From an uncultured bacterium (GTDB taxonomy: Bacteria; Nitrospirota; JACRHL01), in the NCBI GenBank assembly GCA_965371175.1, contig CBDUXI010000005.1, forward strand, positions 14,548-78,547: 64,000 bases of DNA, in the 5' to 3' direction. The position numbers and the translations under genes are program-made. This document shows positions 34,397 through 40,979 of this stretch, piece by piece. Below the pieces are notes generated by a model. The model saw only the letters and a program-made list of their open reading frames with translations. It had not been told where the DNA came from and ran no database searches. The stretch's first letter is position 1. The number at the start of each line of letters is the position of its first letter.

Positions 34397-35778
34397 CGGT
34401 GGAGCAGGTTACCTTTCCAAAGGCCTTTGCTGTCTGGTTCAAGGATTTGGAACGTTGGGATGCCCCCAGCTTTCACCGAATAACTTGGCATTGGCCGAAA
34501 GAGGTCATGATGCCTATCGGAGGCACCGTCCTGCTTAGAAAGGAGCGAGTTGATAAAGTAGCATTCAAATTTTCTGACCTGCAGCCCCTCACGATTCATT
34601 TTGACGGTTCCGTCGAAAAACGGATGGTCGATGAGGCTCGCGAATACACGATGGACTTATGGTTTGCACGCCCTGGAGATATCGTGGTCTCTAAAATCGA
34701 CTTAAAAAATGGGGCTGTGGGTATTATTCCGCCTGATTGGAATAATGTTGTCGTAACCGGGCACTTCGCAGTTTATAAGCCAGACCTAACTAAGCTCGTG
34801 CCTGAGTACCTTCACCGCATAATCCAGGCTGATTTTTTTAAAGCGCATCTATGGCGAAATAAGGTCGGCGCAGAGGGTCGCAAGGAAGTGAAACTCGATT
34901 TCTTCGAGAAGGAGAATATTCCACTTCCACCACTCGCCGAGCAAAACACCATCGTCGATCGTTGGCGCAAGGCAAAGGATGAAATTAATGATGCCCTCGA
35001 ACGCGTGGAAAAGCACAAGAATGAGATCGATACTCGCTTCTTCGATAACTTGGGCTTGAAGTCGCCGGGCACAGTCTCCATGCCGAAAGCCCTCGCGGTC
35101 TGGTGGGAAGATCTTCTTCGCTGGGGTGTCCGGTTCAATCAGTTGAACCAAAGCGGTGCTGACATCACGCAAGGCAAATATCCAGTGGCGGAACTCGACT
35201 CAGTCTTAGAACTCGTGCAATACGGTACCAGTGAAAAGGCTAACACCAAAGGAGAGGGAGTTCCGGTTCTGAGAATCGGCAACATTAAAGATCGCGCAGT
35301 AGACTTTTCTCGCTTGAAGCACATCCCGCTACCGAAAAAAACACTTGAAAGATTGCTATTACAAGACGGCGATATCCTTATCATTCGAACAAGTGGCAGC
35401 CGTGGCTTGGTAGGAACGTGTGCAGTATTTCGAGGCGAAGGCGATTACATCTTCGCATCCTACCTCATCCGCCTGCGTGTCAATCCAGCCAAGGCGAGCC
35501 CCGAATTCCTCTCCTGGTTTCTAAATTCACCCTTGGGCCGCCAGCAAGTGGATGCTGTGAGCCGCCAAATCATGCAGAGCAACATCAACAGCCAGGAATT
35601 GCGCAGTCTAAAAGTTCCGCTCCCCCCGCTGACCGAGCAAAACAAAATAATGGCGCGAGTCGCTACTGGTCGTTCCAAAATTGCTCGTGAACGCGAAGCT
35701 TCCGAAAACCTTGCCAAAGAGATCAACGCAGAAGTCGAAGCGTTAATTCTAGGCACAAAATCACTCCAGGACGCATAG
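34393..35778 (+). CDS. hsdS: Type I restriction-modification specificity subunit with two dissimilar target-recognition domains
   Basis: 461 aa. Two conserved spacer helices are present: PLPPLAEQNTIVDRWRKAKDEINDALERVEKHKNEID and PLPPLTEQNKIMARVATGRSKIAREREASENLAKEIN. The start overlaps the hsdM stop (ATGA). Confidence 0.85.
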   Translation: MTVEQVTFPKAFAVWFKDLERWDAPSFHRITWHWPKEVMMPIGGTVLLRKERVDKVAFKFSDLQPLTIHFDGSVEKRMVDEAREYTMDLWFARPGDIVVSKIDLKNGAVGIIPPDWNNVVVTGHFAVYKPDLTKLVPEYLHRIIQADFFKAHLWRNKVGAEGRKEVKLDFFEKENIPLPPLAEQNTIVDRWRKAKDEINDALERVEKHKNEIDTRFFDNLGLKSPGTVSMPKALAVWWEDLLRWGVRFNQLNQSGADITQGKYPVAELDSVLELVQYGTSEKANTKGEGVPVLRIGNIKDRAVDFSRLKHIPLPKKTLERLLLQDGDILIIRTSGSRGLVGTCAVFRGEGDYIFASYLIRLRVNPAKASPEFLSWFLNSPLGRQQVDAVSRQIMQSNINSQELRSLKVPLPPLTEQNKIMARVATGRSKIAREREASENLAKEINAEVEALILGTKSLQDA

Positions 35779-35779
35779 C

Positions 35780-37366
35780 ATGGCGAAAAGTGCCCGCTAT
35801 CTATCGTTAGAAGGCCAGTTTTCAAACAGTGTACTCGGCACTTTCCGTATCATTCGGGGATTCGCCAATCTCCAGGACCTCGCGAAAATTTCGGTTCCTT
35901 ATGAGATGGAAAATGGTGGTAATGGCGCAGAAGTCAAAGGCCAGCAACGCCAACTCGACCTCCCGCACGCAAAACGAATCAAGAGCTACTTAGAGGGTGG
36001 AGACCAGCGATTCCTGCCGGAAGTAATCTTATCAATTCGTACGGACATAGGTGAGGAAGTAAACAAGGAGCAGAAGCCTATTGGAGTCATAAGCTTTGGC
36101 AATGACGGCATTACAATATCGCGAGCATGGAAAAATGAAAGCATGCGGATTCACCGTGTCACTATTGATTGTGAAATGCTCGATGAGATCCGGGAAAACA
36201 AACTTATTCGCCGTGTAGATGGAAATCACCGATTGGCAATGGCCCATATGCTGGAAGAAGACCCGAGCCTGCCCACTAAGTACCTTGCGCCGTTTTGCCT
36301 CGTACTTCTTGGCCCCCCGGAGGAAGCGGCAGACGACTATTCCGAATCACTAATCTTCCACACCATCAACAGTACGGCACTTCCCCTAGAATCAGAGCAT
36401 GCGCTGAAACTTATCCTCGGTCAGGATGCTGGCTACAGCATGGCGCCAGATATGGAATTCGCCTCTAGCCCGGACTTACACTTCACTCGCCTCCTTCGGG
36501 ATGGCTTGCTACAACTTCCGGCTCCTGTGCAATCTCGCATTGGCAACCAACCATTGACGAGCTTGCATGGAGCCGTGCAAGGGTTGCTGGACATTGACCC
36601 CACCGTCGCAGCAGATTTGACAACCTTAAATACTTATTCAACGAATCTATTGGCTGCACTCAATGATATTGTCACGCGACTGGAGCCAAAACAGACTTTG
36701 CTTTGCAATGCCGAGCTTTTCATTGAACTAGCAGCTCGCGTCTGGAAAACAACCCCAGAGAGTGACGATCACAACACCCGAGTGAATGCAGCTGTTGTCT
36801 ATTTGGAACAGCTTGCCGCCTGGCTTGGAAAAGACGGACTGGTAGATCTGAAAGAGGGGAGCTCATTGAGCAAGCAAATACTGGATGTCTATTCCACTGT
36901 GCGCACTCGGATTCCGAAAAAGGTCTTCCTCGCCCGATGGTATCCCAGGGCGGAGGACGGAGAGGAGTTAACGAAGGCAGACCTGCGGCTCGGTCAAATC
37001 CGCCAGGTACTGGCGGATATTGAGACCGATGAGGGTGTGAACCTTGAGCTTAAGGACTTGGGCACTCAGACAGGTGCAACGTTCCCAATCCATACTGAGA
37101 TGTACGACGCCATTGCTTCTGCCGATATCATCCTCATTGACTTAACCGGTTTGCGTCCCAACGTCTGCATAGAAGCGGGCTATGCCCTGCGGAATCACGA
37201 AAAGAACCGGCTCATTTTTATCTTTCAGCCGAACGGTGACCACGCCGAGGTTCCCTTTGACCTGAACACATATCGCTACGAGCTTTTCAATGACACCGGG
37301 GAAATCCCTGGCAAGATAAAGCCACACATCATGACAATTCTGCGTGGGGCTGCGGTTGGCACTTGA
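35780..37366 (+). CDS. Uncharacterised fusion protein: ParB/DndB (DGQHR)-like N-domain, helical middle, TIR-like / nucleoside 2-deoxyribosyltransferase-like C-domain
   Basis: 528 aa; the ATG lies 1 nt after the hsdS TAG. N-domain motifs are KGQQRQLDLPHAKRIKSYL (aa 53-71), FLPEVILSI, RRVDGNHRLAMA (DGNHR at 36218-36232) and FHTINSTALPL. The C-domain (aa ~379-525) reads KKVFLARWYP ... MYDAIASADIILIDLTGLRPNVCIEAGYALRNHEKNRLIFIF, with the conserved Glu at 37172-37174. Domain calls are by eye only. Confidence 0.6.
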   Translation: MAKSARYLSLEGQFSNSVLGTFRIIRGFANLQDLAKISVPYEMENGGNGAEVKGQQRQLDLPHAKRIKSYLEGGDQRFLPEVILSIRTDIGEEVNKEQKPIGVISFGNDGITISRAWKNESMRIHRVTIDCEMLDEIRENKLIRRVDGNHRLAMAHMLEEDPSLPTKYLAPFCLVLLGPPEEAADDYSESLIFHTINSTALPLESEHALKLILGQDAGYSMAPDMEFASSPDLHFTRLLRDGLLQLPAPVQSRIGNQPLTSLHGAVQGLLDIDPTVAADLTTLNTYSTNLLAALNDIVTRLEPKQTLLCNAELFIELAARVWKTTPESDDHNTRVNAAVVYLEQLAAWLGKDGLVDLKEGSSLSKQILDVYSTVRTRIPKKVFLARWYPRAEDGEELTKADLRLGQIRQVLADIETDEGVNLELKDLGTQTGATFPIHTEMYDAIASADIILIDLTGLRPNVCIEAGYALRNHEKNRLIFIFQPNGDHAEVPFDLNTYRYELFNDTGEIPGKIKPHIMTILRGAAVGT

Positions 37367-37403
37367 TGAGCCCCCAGCTTCTTAACGGGTATTTTATAAA
37401 TGT

Positions 37404-38153
37404 CTAGTCCAATCCAGCTAGTCCATCGGCATCAAACTCCAGCAGGTCATGCGGAGTTCTCTCAATTCCAATTCCATGCTCAACGAGCAGGGAAATCAGG
37501 CTCTCACCGTCCATCAAGCCTACCGGTGTGGCGTCTGAACGCTGAGCTTCATCCTTTGCCTGCTTGGTAAATGCGCTGGTGGTGACAATCAACCCCTGAT
37601 CGTGCGCCCCCAAGCTGCCGCGCATCTGTTGAACCACCGGCGCACCTACGTTTGCTTTCCAGCGTTTGGCCTGAACGGCCATGCGGGTACGCACCACGTC
37701 CCCAACCACCAGGGTACCGCGAGCATCGATTCCCCCATCGGCGGATACCTTGGTGACTTCCACCCCTTCAAAGCCCATCACGACCAGTAACCGCCCCACC
37801 AGTTCTTCAAACTCCTTGGGTGAAAGGGCCTGTACCGCCTCCGCCAACACCTTTCGGACGCCCGCATTATGTTTGGCAATCTGCCCTTCCAGCCCGATCA
37901 GCCGTTTTGCAGACAGTCCGATCATCCCCTTGGGCTGCCGATCAAACCGAAGTGGCGCCCCACGCCTGTTCCGCCTCTGATTCTCCTCGTAGATAGACAC
38001 ATACATTGTGTCACCAGGAGTCTGCCCCTTGGTCCGAATCAAGCCCAGCTCCAAGGCCATATTCGTGATTGCCTTGTAGTGCATTGGCTCACCGCCTGCA
38101 TGGTCCCGCAGGACCACTTCGGCAGCATCGGTGAAGGAAAGTGGGTTACCCAT
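37404..38153 (-). CDS. mrr: Mrr-family (type IV-like) restriction endonuclease with N-terminal HARE-HTH domain
   Basis: 249 aa. The N-terminus LSFTDAAEVVLRDHAGGEPMHYKAITNMALELGLI is HARE-HTH-like. The C-terminus FEELVGRLLVVMGFEGVEVTKVSADGGIDARG...MAVQAKRW carries the Mrr catalytic core D...QxK. Confidence 0.8.
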   Translation of the reverse strand: MGNPLSFTDAAEVVLRDHAGGEPMHYKAITNMALELGLIRTKGQTPGDTMYVSIYEENQRRNRRGAPLRFDRQPKGMIGLSAKRLIGLEGQIAKHNAGVRKVLAEAVQALSPKEFEELVGRLLVVMGFEGVEVTKVSADGGIDARGTLVVGDVVRTRMAVQAKRWKANVGAPVVQQMRGSLGAHDQGLIVTTSAFTKQAKDEAQRSDATPVGLMDGESLISLLVEHGIGIERTPHDLLEFDADGLAGLD

Positions 38154-38376
38154 CGTGGCTAGAAGTGTAACGGACTATTGCGAAGGTTCAAACCATCCCC
38201 CCAAATCACACCTTCTTCAAAAAACAGGTTTTCAGCACGAGTACCCTGGAAATTCCGGGGACAACACCTAATTCCGGGCCAAATCCCTGATCCTCCACGA
38301 TACAGCCAGCGATCTTTAACCGGCACGGTGCTGGACGGCATCACCGGACTACTTTTACGATTCGGGAGGTGGGGGC

Positions 38377-38416
38377 TAAAAAAGTAGGCCGGGGCACCCG
38401 CCCGAGCGCCCCGGCC
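38377..38416 (-). terminator. Rho-independent terminator downstream of the SARP-like regulator gene
   Basis: The minus strand reads GGCCGGGGC-12 nt loop-GCCCCGGCC followed by TACTTTTTT. Confidence 0.6.
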
Positions 38417-38545
38417 CGTCGGCGGTTGGCGTATGCGGGGAATGGCCCCCGATACGGGTGACCACCAACCCCCCATCAATCGGGGGACCATACCGCAAGA
38501 CGGTTTACTAATTAATTACTGCGGCGGCATATCTGCCGACAAAGA

Positions 38546-40039
38546 TCAGCCGTTTTGAATCCGTGCATAAATCGCCTTGGTGGCAGCCGCCGGGGCAAGC
38601 CCCAGCGCTTCGTCCAGCGCCGTGCGGCAGCGCTGATATGCGCTGGCGGCCTCGGTTCTGCGGCCCTGCTCCAGGCAGGCGGTCATGAGCCCCTGATGGA
38701 ACGGCTCGGCCAGATGGTCTGCGGCAAGCCCCTGCCGGTTGATCGCCTCCACCTGCGTCCAATCCCCCTTAGCCGCATACGCTTCAGACAGGTGCATCAG
38801 GTGGCGCACATACAGCCCGCGCAACCGGCTGCGGGTGTCCAGCACCCAGGAGGGGTCGCCCGTGGCAGCCAGAAACGGCCCCTCATAAAGCCCGATGGTG
38901 GGCTCCATCCGGATGGGATCAGCGGTGATGTTGGCGTCGTTCAGACGTCTTTCGAACGCCCAGGCATCCACCCACACACGATCCGGGTTCAGCCGCAACC
39001 AGCCGTGTTTGCGCGTTATGCAGGCATCGCAACGGATCAGCACACGCAGCCGGTGCAGGGTGGTCGCCAGCACGCGCAGCCCCGCATCGCCTTCCGCATC
39101 GGGCCACAGGGCGTCGATGACCTGTGCTTCGGGCAGCCCCTGCTCGCCCGCAGAGATCAGCAGTTTCAAAAGTTCCAGCGGCTTTTTTTGCGCTTTTCTG
39201 GCCTGGACCAACGGGCCGTCACGGGTGATGACTTCAAACGGTCCCAGGGTGCGGACCCGCACCGGCCACTGATCGCCCGAAATATCGTCCGGATGCCTGT
39301 TTTCCAGAGGCTCGGACAACTCGCCCATGGCAGAAAAATAGTCGGCCAGCGCCCGGCGCACGGCCATGGTGCAGCGCCCCGCAGGCTGGGTGCGGGCCAG
39401 CATCCAGGAAAACCCGGCCACCCAGCCGCCACTGGCCGCATGCATACGGGAAATCGTGAGGGCGGACAGGTCGGAGCGGCCCGCAGTGGTGGCAATTTGT
39501 GTGGCCTCTGGCAAGGTGAGTTGCAACTGGCTCCAGCCGATCACGGCCATCTTCACCGGCGTTTTTGCGACAGGTTTGGGCGGCGCAGCCCGGCTGATCA
39601 GCAAAAAACGCACGCCGGGCGGGGCGGAGTTGATCTTTTTAAACAGGGTGGCAATCGTTTTGGGGACGATCCGTTGCAGGTCGTCGATGACCACGGTGAG
39701 CACTTTGCCGTCTGCCTGCGGCCCGAATGCGGCATCCAGGTCGGCTTTCCATGTGTGCGGGTCTGCCGGAACCCACCGGCACGGGTGAGGGTGGGATTGC
39801 AGATACCGTGCAGCCAGTAGCGTTTTGCCTGATCCGGGTGGCCCTTCCAGCCATACAATAGACGGTTCTTGAGGCGGCCTTCCCGTCCGCTCGAACGCCC
39901 GGTCGAGCGCGCTATGCAGCCGCTCCCGGCGCACCGTTGCGGCAGCAGATGGTGGCCCGTGCACGTTGCCTTGCACAGCCGCCCGGTGGTTGTCCCCCAT
40001 GCGTTCCATCCCCCCTCGCTCTGGCCGCTGATCCCCCAT
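38546..40039 (-). CDS. P-loop ATPase fused to a SARP-type regulator (OmpR-like winged helix plus BTAD)
   Basis: 497 aa. The Walker A is LEGPPGSGKT. The wHTH region is VRVRTLGPFEVITRDG...LWPDAEGDAGLRVLATTLHRLR. The BTAD is VDAWAFERRL...LYEGPFLA...EPFHQGLMTACLEQGRRTEAASAYQRCRTALDEALG. The exact start is uncertain. Confidence 0.75.
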   Translation of the reverse strand: MGDQRPERGGMERMGDNHRAAVQGNVHGPPSAAATVRRERLHSALDRAFERTGRPPQEPSIVWLEGPPGSGKTLLAARYLQSHPHPCRWVPADPHTWKADLDAAFGPQADGKVLTVVIDDLQRIVPKTIATLFKKINSAPPGVRFLLISRAAPPKPVAKTPVKMAVIGWSQLQLTLPEATQIATTAGRSDLSALTISRMHAASGGWVAGFSWMLARTQPAGRCTMAVRRALADYFSAMGELSEPLENRHPDDISGDQWPVRVRTLGPFEVITRDGPLVQARKAQKKPLELLKLLISAGEQGLPEAQVIDALWPDAEGDAGLRVLATTLHRLRVLIRCDACITRKHGWLRLNPDRVWVDAWAFERRLNDANITADPIRMEPTIGLYEGPFLAATGDPSWVLDTRSRLRGLYVRHLMHLSEAYAAKGDWTQVEAINRQGLAADHLAEPFHQGLMTACLEQGRRTEAASAYQRCRTALDEALGLAPAAATKAIYARIQNG

Positions 40040-40136
40040 TGGCCGCGGCTGTCACGGTCGATATTATATCATGGCGCTAAATTTGTGGGAACAAAAAAAA
40101 TGGGCGGGCCGGAAACCGGAAGGTCGGGAGCAAGGG

Positions 40137-40967
40137 TCAGGCCGGAAGGATATCCATGGACATTTCCGCCGCCTGCGCGGAGTGGGTCAGGCGACCGACG
40201 GAGATGAGATTGACCCGGGTTTCGGCAATCGTCCGCACGTTTTCCAGGGTGACGCCGCCGGAGGCTTCCACGATGGCCTTGCCGTCAATGATGGAAACGG
40301 CGTCGCGCATGTCTTCCACGGAAAAATTATCCAGCATGATGATGTCGGCCTCTGCGGCCAGGGCCTGTTCCACTTCGTCCATGCTACTGGTTTCCACCTC
40401 TACCTTCACGTCCGCACCGGCCAGTCCCCGGGCCATGCCCACGGCCGCGGCCATGGAACCGGTCAGGGCGATGTGGTTTTCCTTTACCAGCACCTGATCG
40501 TACAGGCCCATGCGGTGATTGTGGCCGCCACCGGTCTGCACCGCATACTTTTCCAGCATGCGCAGTCCGGGGGTGGTTTTGCGGGTATCGGCGATCATGG
40601 TGCCGGTACCTTCCACGGCGTTTACATAGGCGCGGGTGAGGGTGGCGATGCCGCACATGCGTTGCAGAAAATTGAGCGCCACCCGCTCGGCGGCAAGCAG
40701 CGCCGCACCGGTGCCGGTGCAACTGAGCAACAGTTGGCCAGAGCCCGCCTCTTCGCCATCGGATACGGGAATCTCCACCGAGGTGTTCGGGTCCACCTGC
40801 AGGAACGCCTCGCGGGCCACGGCCAGACCGCACACCACCAGGTCCTGCTCGGTCACGATGCGCCCGGTGGCCTGGGTGTCTACCAGATGCCCGCCGGTAA
40901 TATCGCCGCCCCCCAAATCTTCGTGCAGGGCGTTGGCAACGATTTTTGTCAGCTGTTCGGCGTCCAT
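40137..40967 (-). CDS. nadC: Nicotinate-nucleotide pyrophosphorylase (quinolinate phosphoribosyltransferase)
   Basis: 276 aa with DTRKTTPGLR, NHRMGLYD and IIMLDNFS motifs. Confidence 0.92.
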   Translation of the reverse strand: MDAEQLTKIVANALHEDLGGGDITGGHLVDTQATGRIVTEQDLVVCGLAVAREAFLQVDPNTSVEIPVSDGEEAGSGQLLLSCTGTGAALLAAERVALNFLQRMCGIATLTRAYVNAVEGTGTMIADTRKTTPGLRMLEKYAVQTGGGHNHRMGLYDQVLVKENHIALTGSMAAAVGMARGLAGADVKVEVETSSMDEVEQALAAEADIIMLDNFSVEDMRDAVSIIDGKAIVEASGGVTLENVRTIAETRVNLISVGRLTHSAQAAEMSMDILPA

Positions 40968-40979
40968 TTGTATCGTCCC

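Larger units (their letters stand above)
32100..37400. other. Compositionally foreign block (putative horizontally acquired defence module)
   Basis: My counts of single 60-nt lines are 43% (32401), 43% (34681), 47% (36001), 42% (36601) and 53% (37021) G+C. This compares with 73% at 31021 and ~60% at 32041. I saw no integrase or flanking direct repeat. Confidence 0.7.

Noticed and set aside
38181-38200. GGTTCAAACC, a T-loop-like string that could hint at a tRNA (island integration site)
   Set aside because: The flanking bases do not form a T-stem, acceptor stem or anticodon arm. I found no tRNA cloverleaf on either strand.
32100-38420. Calling the low-GC block a mobile element (integrative island, transposon or prophage remnant)
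   Set aside because: I could find no integrase, transposase, recombinase, tRNA target or flanking direct or inverted repeats by eye. Only the compositional and cargo arguments hold, so it is reported as an island of unknown mobility.
38517-38540. ctgcggcggcatatctgccgac resembles the head of the 140-nt repeat (ggcggcggatat...)
   Set aside because: Only ~18 nt of loose similarity exist with no continuation of the alignment, which is too short to claim as a further copy.
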